A stretch of 64,000 bases of DNA from Camelus ferus (lineage: Eukaryota), in assembly GCF_009834535.1 (NCBI RefSeq), contig NC_045706.1, forward strand, positions 52,452,001 to 52,516,000. The letters run 5' to 3'. Below the pieces are notes generated by a model. That model had not been told where the DNA came from. It did not search any database and saw only the letters and a program-made list of their open reading frames with translations. Every line of letters starts with the position of its first letter. Position 1 is the stretch's first letter. Positions 49,295-62,379 of the stretch are shown here, piece by piece. Position numbers and translations under genes: made by a program.

Positions 49295-51880
49295 ATTTTA
49301 TTGAAGAATAGTAAGTTTACAATGTTGTGCCAATTTCTGGTGTACAGCATAATGCTTCAGTCATACATGAACATACATAAATTTGTTTCCATATTCTTTT
49401 TCACTATAAGTTACTGCAAGATATTGAATATGGTTCCATGTGCTATACAGTATAAACTTGTTGTTTATCTACTTTATATACATTAGTTAGTATCTGCAAA
49501 TCTTGAACTCCCAATTTATCCCTTCCCACCCACTCTCCCCACCGGCCGGTAACCATAAGTTTGTTTTCTATGTCTTTGAATCTATTTCTGTTTTGTAAAT
49601 AAGTTCATTTGTCTTTTTTTTTTTTTTTTAAGATTCCATATATGAGTGATATCATATGGTATTTTTCTTTCTCTTTCTTGCTTACTTCANNNNNNNNNNN
49701 NNNNNNNNNNNNNNNNNNNNNNNNNNNNNNNNNNNNNNNNNNNNNNNNNNNNNNNNNNNNNNNNNNNNNNNNNNNNNNNNNNNNNNNNNNNNNNNNNNNN
49801 NNNNNNNNNNNNNNNNNNNNNNNNNNNNNNNNNNNNNNNNNNNNNNNNNNNNNNNNNNNNNNNNNNNNNTTGGGGTTCTTTCTGAATTAAGGTTCCCTCT
49901 GGATATATGTCCAGAAGTATATTTGTGATAGTTACCTATATTGTTGCTTTTTATTACTGAATGGTATTCCAGTGTATGAAGATACCACAGTTTGTTTCTC
50001 CATTTTCCTTTGTGGACACTTGCCTTTTATCAAATTTGGAGATTTTTTTTCTTATTCTTTTATTGTAGTAAAATATACATAATATAAAATTCACCATTTT
50101 CACCATTTTTAGGTATATACATCAGTGGCATTAAGTACATTCATAATGTTGTACAATCCTCATCACTCTATTTACAGAACTTTTCACTATCCTATGCAGA
50201 AATCCCAAACCTGTTAAACGATAGCTCCCTAGTTCTTCTTTCCCCAGCCCCTAGTTGCTTTATTATCCTTCCTGTCTCTATGAATTTGCTTATTCTACAT
50301 ACCTCATAGAAGTGGAGTCATTACAATGTTTATCCTTTTATGTCTGGCTTATTTCACTTAGCATAATATTTTCAAGATTCATCCATATTGCAGCATGTAT
50401 TAGAATTCCATTCCTTTTAACAGATAATATTCCATTCTATGTATATATCACATTTTGTTTATCTATTCATATTGATGGACATGTGCATTGCTGCAACGTT
50501 TTGGCTATTGAGCATGATACTGCTATGCACATGGATGTACAAGTATATGTTTCGGTCCCTGCTTTATTCTGTTGAATATATAGAGGTAGCGGTAGAATGA
50601 CGGAATTATAAGGTGATTCTATTGTTTAACTTTTTGAGCATCTGCCATACTATATTTTCACAGCAATTGTACCATGTCCATCCAATACATAAGGGTTCCA
50701 ATTACCAGGTCTTTTCCTTGTTTGTTTGTTTTTGTTTTATAATNNNNNNNNNNNNNNNNNNNNNNNNNNNNNNNNNNNNNNNNNNNNNNNNNNNNNNNNN
50801 NNNNNNNNNNNNNNNNNNNNNNNNNNNNNNNNNNNNNNNNNNNNNNNNNNNNNNNNNNNNNNNNNNNNNNNNNNNNNNNNNNNNNNNNNNNNNNNNNNNN
50901 NNNNNNNNTTTATTGAGTCGTAGGAGTTCTTTATATATTCTGGATATATATCAGATNNNNNNNNNNNNNNNNNNNNNNNNNNNNNNNNNNNNNNNNNNNN
51001 NNNNNNNNNNNNNNNNNNNNNNNNNNNNNNNNNNNNNNNNNNNNNNNNNNNNNNNNNNNNNNNNNNNNNNNNNNNNNNNNNNNNNNNNNNNNNNNNNNGC
51101 CTTTGGTGTCATATACAAGAAAGCATTGCCAAATTCAGTATTTTGAAGATTTCCCCCTAATGTTTCCTTCTAGAATTTTATAATTTTAGCTCTTTGTTTC
51201 AGTCTTTGTTAACATTTTCGGTTAATTTTTGTATATAATACGGAGTAAAGATCCAACTTCATTCCTTTGCATGTAGATACATCCAGTTGTCCTAGCACAA
51301 TTTTGGGGGGGGGAAACAAACTCTGAAAGAACTTGTCATCCTTGTTGAGACTCACCTGACTATACATGCGAGGGTTTATTTCTGGGCCTTCTGTTCTGTC
51401 TTGTTGCTGTAGATGTCTATTTTTATGCCATTACCAAACTGGTTGATTACTGCAGTTTGAGATATTTTGAAGAGTGCTGCTATGAACCCTCTTGATCCTA
51501 CCTTTTTCTGAAGATAGATATAGATAGAGAGAGAGAGAGAAATAACTTTAACTTTCAGTAAACACTTAGCTGGGTAATTGCTGGGTTATGTGCTCAGAGT
51601 ATGTTTAGCTTCATTTAAAACTTACAAATTATTTCCAAAGAAGTTGTACCATTTCACACTCCCAACAGCAATGTGTGAGAATTCAGTTACTCCACATGTA
51701 AGCCAGCATTTAGTGTTATCAGTCTTTTGACATTTCAGCCATTGTATTTCAAATGTAGTGTTATAGGATTGTGATTTTACTTGCATTTCCCTGATGATTA
51801 GTAATTTTGAGCATGTTTTCATTTACTTGTTGGACATTCATAGATCTTCTTTTTTGAGAAAGTGAGTTTCCACTTCATTA
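48930..51880 (-). mobile_element. Nested L1 cluster: L1MB/MC host with inserted young L1 (about 49293-49919) and L1MA/MB (about 50045-51450)
   Basis: Three separate antisense L1 3' ends (ttttattgaggtatg..., ttttattgaagaatag..., ttttattgtagtaaaatatacat...). The host sequence resumes after each insert. Confidence 0.8.
49245..49292. repeat. (GT)24 microsatellite
   Basis: Pure GT run at the tail of the young L1. Confidence 0.95.
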
Positions 51881-51929
51881 TTCATTATTTTCCATTCTTT
51901 GTTATTTTCTCCCTTCAGTTACCTTTAGT

Positions 51930-53760
51930 TACTTTTCTCTTACTAGGTTGATAATGTGGGAACTTTAGATAATTGATTTTTAAATTGTCTTCTTTTCTAG
52001 TCAAACTTAGCAATACATTTCTTTCTAAATACTGTTTTGGCTTCCCCCTCACATTTTGATATGTAGTGATTTTTATGTCATTCCTTTAAAAATACTTAAT
52101 ACTGTTCTTTGTGATGTCTTCTTTGATTTACGGATTATTTAGAAGTGCCTTGTTTAACTTCCAAATATTTGAGTATTTTCCAAATTATTTTTGGTGTTTA
52201 TTTCCTATTAAATGTGTGTGTATGTATGAGAAAATGTACTCTGTGTGACCTTGATCCTTCAAGTGTTTGAGCTTAGCATATAGTCCAGCTTGGTGGATGT
52301 TGTGTGCGCAGTTGAAAAGAATGTGTCTACCGCTGTTGTTAATATATTATCCTAGAGAAGATAACTAATACAAGTTGGCTTGTATTTTTGTTCAAGTCCT
52401 TTATGTCCTTACTGAATCTATACATACATTTTCATTAATTACTAAGAGATGTATGATCAACTATAATTGCAAATTTTTCTATATATTCTTTTAGTCTGTA
52501 AATTTTTACATATTGTAAATCTCTGTTATTAGGTGCTATTTACTCATTTAGAATTTATTAATATACTCTTGATGTATTTGTCTTTTTAAATTTTGTGTTC
52601 TGTCTTATTTCAGATTATATTCCTCATCCTGAATCTGCTTTGTTATTAATATCATTCTTTAGTATTAGTATGATTTATCTTTTTCCATCCTTTTAACTTG
52701 GGTTTTTGTATTTAAAATTATTTTCTGATTCATAGCACATTGTTGCTGCTTGCTTTTAAAAAAGTTGAACAATCTCTGCCTTCTAATGGAGTGTCTAGGT
52801 AAGTTACATATAATGGAATTATCAGTATATTTGTTTTTAATTCTACCATCTGGCTATTTGCTTTCTATTTGTACAATTTGTTTTCTGACCCTGTGTTATC
52901 TTTTCCTTCTTACTGATTAATTTAGCAGTTTATGTATTCCTGTTGACCTTTTTTTGGCTTGGTTGTTCTACGGTTCCCAGTATGTCTTTAACTACTATTT
53001 GCTTCCCATGCAGTGTACTGCCTTACAGCAGAGACTTCCATTCCCTCCTCCTGTCCTTTGTGCTGTTATTGTACATATTTATAAAATGCATAATGCACTT
53101 TTATTTTTATTAAACTGCCAGTTATCTTTTGAATACATGCTTAAAAGATTTACACACATATATTTCTAATTCCCATATTTGCTATTTCCAGTGTTCTTCA
53201 TTCCTTCTGTAAATATGAGTTTCCAGTGTTCTTTGTATCTTTGTGTCAATCTGAGTTTCCATTTGGAGACATTATTCTTTAGTGTGAAAAACTTCCTTTA
53301 ACATTTCTTACAGTGTGGTTTTGCTTGTGATAAACTTTCTCAGCTCTTGCTTGTTTAGAAATGGCCTTATTTCACCTTCATTTCTGAAGGATATTTTTAC
53401 TGGATATGGAGTTGTAGGTTGACACTTTTTCCCTTCAGTGCATTAAATATGTCATTTCACTGCACTCCGTCTAGCATCATTTCTGGTCTGCGGTCATTCT
53501 TACCTCATTTCTCTGTATACAGTGTGGCTTTTTTTCCTGACAGCTTTTAAGATTTTTTACCACTGGTTTTTAGCAATTTGATTATGATGTGCTACGGTGA
53601 GGTTTCTTTTCGTTTATTCTTTTTAGGGTTTGTTGAGCTCCTCAAATCTGTGAGTTTATAATTTTCATCAAAATTGGAAAATTTTAGCTATTTTTTTAAC
53701 TTTTAGAAATTTATTTTTTCCAGATTTTCCTTCCTCTACTCCTTTTTTAAAAACTTACTT
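51930..53760 (-). mobile_element. Old L1M ORF2-endonuclease/ORF1 fragments
   Basis: gttgaaaagaatgtgtctaccgctgttgtt..., cttttcattcc...gacattattctt, ttcaccttcatttctgaaggatatttttactggatat. Confidence 0.75.
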
Positions 53761-54394
53761 TCTACTTGGTTTATTACGTGTTGTTCATGGGGTGCAATTT
53801 GCCTGGTGGTTGTACTGGCTGAATCTCACTAAGATTTTTTCTTTATAATTTCCCTCTTCTCTTTCTCCTCTTCCTTTTCCTTCTTGTCTTCTTTTTCCTC
53901 TTCTTCTTGATATTTGCTTGCCAAGATCACACCTGATGCTCTATGCATCAAGTATCTCTACTGGGCAATTCCAAATTTGCCTTTGCTAGGAACCCATGGG
54001 TATTACCATTTCTAGAGCAGGTATTACGTTTATTTTCTGCTTATAATTCTCTACCTAGGAGTGAAGTGCAGATTTGAACTACACATCTCCCACTGCACAG
54101 AGTTGGGTTTCCAATTGTGTGTGAATGAATCTTTTACCACATTACTGTTCAAAGCAGTTGGTTGGATCCCATGTCATGCAGTTTCAGGCTCAGAGCCTTC
54201 TTAGGAGCCCAAGTTCAGTTCATTGTGCTTAAGGGCTTGGGTTCTAAAACCTCCTCCTCTTGGCATTTATGCTTAGATCCTACATCCCTGTGGGCCATAT
54301 GCTTTTTGTTTTCACACTCAGCTTTGGCTTTGAGTTTTGGGGGTTTTGTTTTTTGTCTTTGTTTTGAAAGATATTCTTTCTTATCTTCAAGCAC

Positions 54395-54396
<2 letters not shown>

Positions 54397-54436
<40 letters not shown>
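54397..54436. repeat. (GT)20 microsatellite
   Basis: Pure GT run. Confidence 0.95.
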
Positions 54437-54437
<1 letters not shown>

Positions 54438-54499
54438 CCAACACTTTATGTTTGCACTGGTGAGAGTTTCTCTCATGAGCTATGTTAACTGAAATTTTT

Positions 54500-56420
54500 A
54501 CATGTTTTTATTCTTAAATATGAATGGAAAATCAAGAATCTCTAAATATTTGAAGAAAAAAGTGTAACATAAGATTGATTCTAAGATAAAGAAAATGAAA
54601 AAAAAGGGGTCTCAGAGGAAAGAGAGATTGTCAAGAATAGGGGGAAATACACAAAAACCCTTTTTAGTATCCTCAGAGTCATGTGAGCTGATATTTCATC
54701 CACAATATGATAGGAGGCTATGGAAAAGGATGAGTCATAGAACAAGAATGAGATCTTGATGATGAAAATATTATTAATAAAACAAACATTTAGTAGAAGA
54801 ATTTGGTTGAAGGATTGAAAAAAAAATTCCAGAATTATCTTCCTTCATAAAGTAGAATGGAAACAAGTAAAGACAGAATATGACAGAAAAGATAAGAGGA
54901 CCAATCCAAGAGGTCTAATATTCAATTAATAGAAGTTATAGAAAGAAAATGTATAGGAAATGAATAAAAGAAAATATTCAAATAAATAATGAAACACAAA
55001 TTTGAAGAGCTAAAGGATATGATAAATGAAAATAAGTGGAAAAATCATTGTGAACATTCAGAACGTTAAGGATAAAGAACTAAAATCTTGCAAAAACTAA
55101 AAATAAACAAATCAGACAAATATGACACCTCTGTAGGACAAATCTACTGTCATAATAGTGAATGCTAGATGTTGGTAGAAAAACATTCTTAAAGTTCCAA
55201 TGAACATGATTTTCACCTTGGAATTTTATATTTTGCCAAAATACAAAACAAATGTTGAGATCAAAGTAAAGGTATCTTCAGACATGAAAGGGATAGAGTT
55301 CTGTTCCCCACAATGATCCATTTTCTCTGTTTTTTCTAGCCCAGCAACAGAAAACAGTTTTTACTTAGACATATTCCAGCTAAGCAAAAAAAGAAAAAAA
55401 TTCCTTCCTCTGCCTCCCTTGCAGCTATGGATGGCTGTATGACCAAGTTCTGGCCAATGTTTTGTATTGGATATGTTATAGGGGGCCTTCATGGAGATAC
55501 TGTTAAAAGAGAAGGATTGTTGCCCTCTTATTCTTCCTCTTAATTTGTAGATGTGGTCACTAGAGCTCTAATATTCATTTTGGCTTCCTTGAGAGTGAAA
55601 GTCACAGTTGGAGGAGAATAGAAAATAAAGATGGGAAAACTATGTCCCTGAGCCCACCGTACCAGCTCTGTACTGTGTACTTCCAAATTTCTCTTTGTAA
55701 TAGAGAAGTAAAATTTGATTTTGGTTAAGTTACATTAAGGTTTAAACATTCTCTTAAATGCAGATGCACCTAATCCAAGCTGACAGGGAAAGCTACTTGA
55801 GGTTATGTGTCAATTAATGATGGACTGATTTTTATTTTTGCGTTCAGCTGGCCAAGTAACTATATACTAGGTAAAGATCTATAACAGAAGTATTGTGAAG
55901 GGGCCTACAAAGAACCAGTGCATTTAACTCAAGAGAATTATACAAAGAAAAACCAGAAGGATATCTGTATTAAAGGCCTAAGAGAAAGTGGGGGGAAAAA
56001 ACTTCAAGAATAAAATAAAAGCAACTAGAAACTCCAGGAAAAATATAAAGCATTTTAAAAATGGCATTACTTTGTTCTGTAATGAACTAGAGTTACACAA
56101 CCAAACAATAGTAATTTAAACCATTTAAACAATAATAATGATTCTTACAAGGGGAAGCTTTCTTCCAGAAATGATCACTGTTTTCTTCTGCTTAGAATCT
56201 TTATTCAAACTAAGACAACTACTGAAAAAAAAATTAAAGTCCTTCAGGATGTAGTTAAATGTTGATCTCCTTCATGAGTTTACCTTCTAGGTAGTGAATC
56301 CTTGGTAGGTCTACTCTTACTAAGCTTGAGAAAGTTTTTTTATTATACAAAAATTATTATTGATTTTCCACTGTTTCTGATAATTTCTTAAGAGTTATCA
56401 ATTATAGCATTTTGCAAATA
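54500..56420 (+). mobile_element. HAL1-like (L1 ORF1-related) element split by MLT1J
   Basis: A-rich ORF1-like sequence aggaccaatccaagaggtctaatattcaattaatagaagtt... resumes at gggaaagctacttgagg after the LTR. Confidence 0.6.
55300..55785 (+). mobile_element. MLT1J LTR
   Basis: cctcccttgcagcta...tgaccaagttctggccaatg...caccgtaccagctctg...cctaatccaagctgaca. Confidence 0.8.
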
Positions 56421-57254
56421 GCTCAAGAATAGTACTAATAACTTTTTATTTTACGTGTTTGTCCAACCACTATCTTATTCATCACATAAACAGTATTTTT
56501 CAGTTCCATATTTCCATAACTTAGCCCATCATCAGGCATATCATAAGTCTTCATGCTTACTCAATGAATTAGTCTGAGGAGACTTCATCTGATTATTATG
56601 AGAACATATTGCTTATTGGCTATTTCCTCAAGAAGGGAGAAAAGGAAAAGAGTGAGGGAAGATGTGATTGAAGAGGAAAGGAGAATACTGAACACATTTA
56701 ATAGACATCCCCTCTCCAAAGCACTTAAGCAGCAGCAAGCATACCCTTGGAGCATGTCGGATGATATTTCAGAGCCTCTCTTCACAGATCACCTTGCAAT
56801 ACCAGGTCACAAGGTGGAAGCTGCTAGCAGTCCTGGTATTAAACCACCATACCAGCTTCTAGTCCTCCTTTAAGTGAGGTGGCTTTCGATGGACTAGCCT
56901 AGGGTAACTGTGCCAACTTACAGCTGCCCTGTCCCTGTCTCCCTGCCAAACAGACTCAGATTTCAAGTGAGTAGTTTCACAAGCCTGCAAGGAATGGATA
57001 TTTATAAAGACAAGTTATGTCGTGGTCATATTCACATAGCATCACCATCAGCTCAGCATCCAGGCAAACTGGAGCCATAGCCTGTGAACTGTTTATGGAA
57101 TGCAAGAAGCTGGGTAGAGAGACAGATGAGAAAAGTAAGGGGCAGGTGGGTCTGACCAATTTAACCCCATGAAAGCATACAACGTTTCTTCTTTTCACGT
57201 GGGGCCTTTGTCGTAGGTGTTTGACCTGCAGTGGTAAAAGCATGTGTCTTAGAA

Positions 57255-57395
57255 TTAATGGACCTTGTCCTTGGTTTAGGGCCTGCTACTTACTGGCTTT
57301 GTGTCCTTGAGCAAGTCTCTTCCTGTCCCTAGGACTTGTCTCCTTATTTGGAAAATGTCAATCTCATAAAGTTATTTTGAAGATTATAAAGAGAG
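57255..57395 (+). mobile_element. MIR
   Basis: ctgctacttactggctttgtgtccttgagcaagtc...ctcataaagttattttgaagatta. Confidence 0.75.
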
Positions 57396-59309
57396 AACTG
57401 GGGAATATTCTGTTTCAAGTTGGTCTAATTGTTAGAAGACTCTTCCCTGTGGTCACCGTTTGGTCTTGTCTCACATGCAGCTGGCTCCCTCTTTTACGTG
57501 ATGATCATCACTTAGATATTTAAAGATGTCCTCTTCTCATGCCTCCTTTCTCCGAGAGATACAGCCCCATTCTTGGGATCCTGTGGCCCCTTCCCCTTAC
57601 CACCCTGTTTTGTCTCTGTGGGCCTGCTCAGTGTTGTCGTGTGTCCTACTCGAAGTGTCAGGTTCAGTCTGGCCTCAGCATTCTAGTAGTGGTTCCACCA
57701 GGGGGAATAGGACGGGACTCTAATCTACATTTTGAAAGTCTGCACTGACAGTTGCAATCGTGGAGATTGCTGGTAAACTCCAAATTTGTTTACACTCAGT
57801 GTGTCTCCTTTCATGTGTAATAATGCTTCCTCATTATATATTTGAGACGTTTGCTTTTTAGAACTAGGTTCACAACTTTGCAATTATATTTACTAATTTG
57901 TTTTTAGACATTAGCATAAAGGTCCTACTTCTGACACAAGTCATTACCATGATAGTAGCCTCCCTACTAGGGTCTTGGGGAGAGTTATTCAAGGGACTGT
58001 GCAGAGTTTATAGCTCATGCATTGCCTCTGAGAGTTGACCTGGGATTCACTTTTAATCACTTCCTGCAGTTCTATTTATGATGTCAGTGTTCTCCAACTT
58101 CCCACAGAAGTTGCCAGAGAAAGGACCCATTTGATTGATACCAGCAAGAATCTCCCATTAAATTTTGAATCACTGTGTCCTCCAGGAGTCAAGAAACAAT
58201 TAAAAACTGACATAGGAGTCAGATAGGGGCACAAATATTAGCTTTATTGTTGATGAAATTAAATTCGAGTATGTGGAATGGTTCTGGCCAAGACTGTTGA
58301 TGACATTAAATTTAAATATGTGGCCCCGGCCAAGATCGTACAGTCCTTTTGCCAGTTGCACGGTGGCCATGCTCTGTGCTCCTGTGAGCTTCCCTACCTC
58401 CTGGCAACCAGAACAAAATGCAAAATTGGTACCCTGCAGGCGGGCAGATGGACAGCATAAAAGGAGAGCCCATTACCCTTGTCTGCTGCAGGATGATGAG
58501 GCTGGCTCGTGTGGGTGCAGGTACCTCTTCCGAGGTGACCCACATCTCCGCACAGAAGCCCCTCTGGCCATGAGCATGTGTCCAGGGCCTGTGAGTTTTT
58601 GTCTGAGGGGCTGACGGCCCCAATGTCAGCCTGGGAACTGCTCACACCCTGCCCAGTGCACCGTTTTCCTCTCCTTGGAATCTTGCACTCTGTAGGTCCA
58701 GTGTTACTTGATATTAGATACCTGGACGTGGAGGGACGTGTCTGCTCCGTGAGGTTGCTTTTCTCTCCCTGAAGTCCCTGTCCACCCTGGGTGTGAGCCC
58801 TGAGGAGCCAACTGCTGGCCACGATGAGGAACATTATTTGACAGGCCTCATCAGCCTGCTGCTCCTCGGGGACTTTTCAGAGTTCCCTGTTTCTATTCCT
58901 CTCCTCTCTGCATGGCCCTTTTGTCCTGGAGACAAAGCCTGGAGAGGCACCGCCACTTCCACTAGCCCCTATTACAGTCACCTTCTTCTCTTTTCATTCC
59001 TGAGACCAAATAGTTCTCCAATCTTGTGCAAGATACCTGGGAGCTTTTGCAATCTCCTGTTCCGCCCTGGAACAACTGAAGTATATGGAACATCTTTTCA
59101 GTCTCCCTGCTAGAGCTGTGTTTCTACTTCTCCTTCACCTTCCAGAAGTCAGTCATCACCCCATCATACAAATGAAACTCCTGGTTCCATTTGCATCTTA
59201 GGTGGAGTGGTTGAAGAAAAGCCTAATCATAGAACCCCATGTGCAGTATTTGGAAGATATGTTTGTACTCATTATCCAAATCTTCCCTTCCTCTGCCTTT
59301 TTTTAAATT

Positions 59310-59500
59310 AATAATACCTTTATTCATTTCAGAATCATTTTATAATCATTATTTCATTTGAGCCTCAAAAGGATCTCATGAGTGAGGCAAATCATGATTC
59401 AGTTTTCTCATTCTATATTCAGGGATAGAGACATAAAAAAGTTAAGTTGTAAGCCCAAGGCTTAGGAAGGAGCTGGGGCAAAGCCAGGGTCAGGCACCAC
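59310..59500 (-). mobile_element. MIR
   Basis: ttatttcatttgagcctcaaaa...aagttaagttgtaagcccaagg. Confidence 0.6.
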
Positions 59501-62379
59501 ATCTGACTGTGAAGCCAGCACTCCTTCTGCAGCTGTGTGTGCAGACCTCACAGGACAGATAGTAGTCACTCGGGCTCCAGGATTGACAAAATTCTTCCAG
59601 GGAGAAGCCAGCCCTGTCAGCCCCCAGTTGAATGTCCTGCTTAGAGAAGGCGCATGCTCTGAGTAAATGGAAAGAATTATTTATTGTGGGAGATAAAATA
59701 AAACAAGAAAACAAGACAAAATGAAGCACAGAAAGTCTGGGTGACAGTTAGGTGGCAAGAGCCAGAGTTTAAGCGAATTGGAAACTGATGGGAGATGAGC
59801 AGTTGAATGACCGTTTCACTCTGGGAGACCTGTTTGGAGTGTTATCATAGTTCAGATGGACCAAAGGAAAAGCAAAACATGCATTTTGTCCTGGTAAAAG
59901 GCCAATGAAAGAATTCTGATGCTATCTGTCAAATCCATTGGGAAAAAAATTTGCAGGGACCAGAAGCAGCCCTTCCTCATTTACTTATTTGTCCAAATTA
60001 TGTTAATGAAAAGAGTGAGTTATAGACATGCATTCACACAGAGCTTGCAACATTGTGAAAGTTTCGCTTTAATTAAGACCTATATGTATTTCTGCACCTC
60101 CATCCTTTATTAAAATGAAAGCATTATTACAAAAAGGAAAGACAAGAGACAGCTAAAACCTCCCACCAAGAAAACCTCTGCTACTTTGGATAACTTGTAT
60201 GCCAAATTATTCCACTTTAATGGAAAGAGAAAACTAATGCAAAGGAATCCATGTGTGCAGATGACTTGAGTGCATCCACCCATCTCCCGAAGCAGCACAT
60301 TTCCAAAGGGCAGAGATAGCCTCCTGCGATGCCTCTTTTGTTTGTTTAATTTCCTCACAATGCATCATTCTCTAAGGAGATGTGCCCAAGTTCTCTCTCT
60401 CCCACGTTGTTTTCAAACCTGGTTACCACTGCGTGCCTTTCTAAATGACAAGGCGGCTGGGCCTAAACTGTGATATGTTGGGAGAAAACCCAAACTGACA
60501 GTTGGAGGAGGCAGAAAGAGGAAGGCACTGCCCGTTCCTCCCTCATCCCAAATGTCATCTTTTCCTTGTCCAGGCTGCCCAGGCAACCCTGATGAAGAAA
60601 CGAGCGGACACTTGAAAGTTTCTGACAGGTGTCATGGGCGCAGGCGCTGAGAGGCCAGGAGTGATGGAGCTTGACGTGACAGTGGTAGAGTCATTGAGGC
60701 TGGCTCCGGGACATGCAGAGTTTGGTGTATGTCAACTCCAATCCTTGTCACACTCCTCCTCCATAGTGGTAACTACAAACGGACGGACAGAGCCAGCGGG
60801 AAATGTTCAGAAAATTTACAGACATCCTTTCCTGACCAAGTGATGTTGCCAAGCCGCAGTAATGTAGGATCAGCCGCCCCAAGTGGGTACACTCCAGCTG
60901 GGTAGGGTCATGACGGGGAGGCAGGGCTGGTCACACTGATTTGGTGAGAGTTTGCTCTTTCTTTAAGCTCCGCGTTGCCCTCCAAGTCGAGGGTCTCAGT
61001 CTTCCAGTACCTTTCCACGTTTCTGCCTATGATTTTTGTTCTGCCATCATCTTCCTCCACCAGTAACTCCTGATGACTGATTCCTTTAATATAATGATCT
61101 CTGCAGCAGATCCTGCTTGATCTAAATATTTGGCAATCCTGCTCTTCTGACCCAGCTGGAGAGTGATTTATAACGGGAGAGGAGAGCTAGCTTCTTGGAA
61201 ACACTGGGCAAATAGTTTCATAAATATTGCTCTGTTGCATTATTTTGAAATATTACTTCTTTTAACAGTCTGCCAAAGTCAAATAACTCAGCTAAATAAA
61301 AATCCATGGCTGGTCCACTCACCCAGCCAAAGTAACAGGTGGTAACCAAGCTCACCTGGTGGTGAGAGCCTGGCTTGATTAACTCCAGCCCAGAAGTGAT
61401 GGTTAACTGGCATTAAGGCATGATGGATGACAGCAGATGTGTGTATAATCCTTTACCCGGCCTTCCAACCTACTAACAGGGTACGTATTTATCTAATAGT
61501 TCTTAACTTGGTACACTGGCTTGTAGTTAAGCAAGTCGAGCATTTTTAAATAACATAAGGACTTTATCAGTGCATTCATTAAAAATATCCAACAATTATT
61601 CGATAAAACATTGGTAGCACATATAGGCTCTGAATCTGGTTTCCACTGAAAATTCCTTGGAGCCTCAGGCAGAGTGATAAATCAACTATGGTGTGACTGT
61701 TTCCCTCTTCAAATGCCAAGAGTCAATGCTGAAGTGGAAAGAGAATTCTGGTGTCACAGTGACCCAAGTTGAGCCTGAAATTTGAGAATGGCAGGGGCCC
61801 GGAGTAGATACTTTTATTGCAAAGTACACTGCAGAGTGTCAGGGTAAGTTTGGGCCGCATGTGCTGCTGTCTCTTAGCTTCAGCCAATTTCTGCTTCATT
61901 TTGGTGTTTGGTGACTGAAAAGGACTCTTTTAAAAGAGTGATTCCCTTGCAGGGGGCCTGCCTGAAAGCGCTGATGATGTCAACTCCTGTCAGGACCCAC
62001 AAGTCCTTGCCGTGCACACCCTACTCCTGGAATCTCATCCTTTTCCATAACTCCAGCTCACGTTCTTACCGTGTTGACTCCGAAGTATGTCTTTCTAACC
62101 AGTTTTATCTTCCAACCTCTAAACGTGCATCTCTACTGACAGCAGTAGCCCTGAAACATACACATCCTAGGCTAAAGGAACCTGCTTGCTCTCGTCAGCT
62201 GTGTTCTCTGCTGGGTTTCCTATTCTGTTTGTGGTTCTGCTGTTCTCCCAGGTGCCCAGCCTCTCGATCTCAGCAGGACTTTGAAGTCCTCTCTTCCTTT
62301 GTTCCCTATAGTCAAGCAGTCATCCAGACCTGTCAGTTTCCTTACATAAAACCTTCTACCTCTGCCCTGCATCTTGATT

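Noticed and set aside
57695-57706. CCACCAGGGGGA CTCF-like motif
   Set aside because: Lacks the near-invariant C of GGC.
58273-58834. Several overlapping ORFs of 100-146 aa
   Set aside because: A GC-richer stretch depletes stop codons; there is no domain or exon structure.
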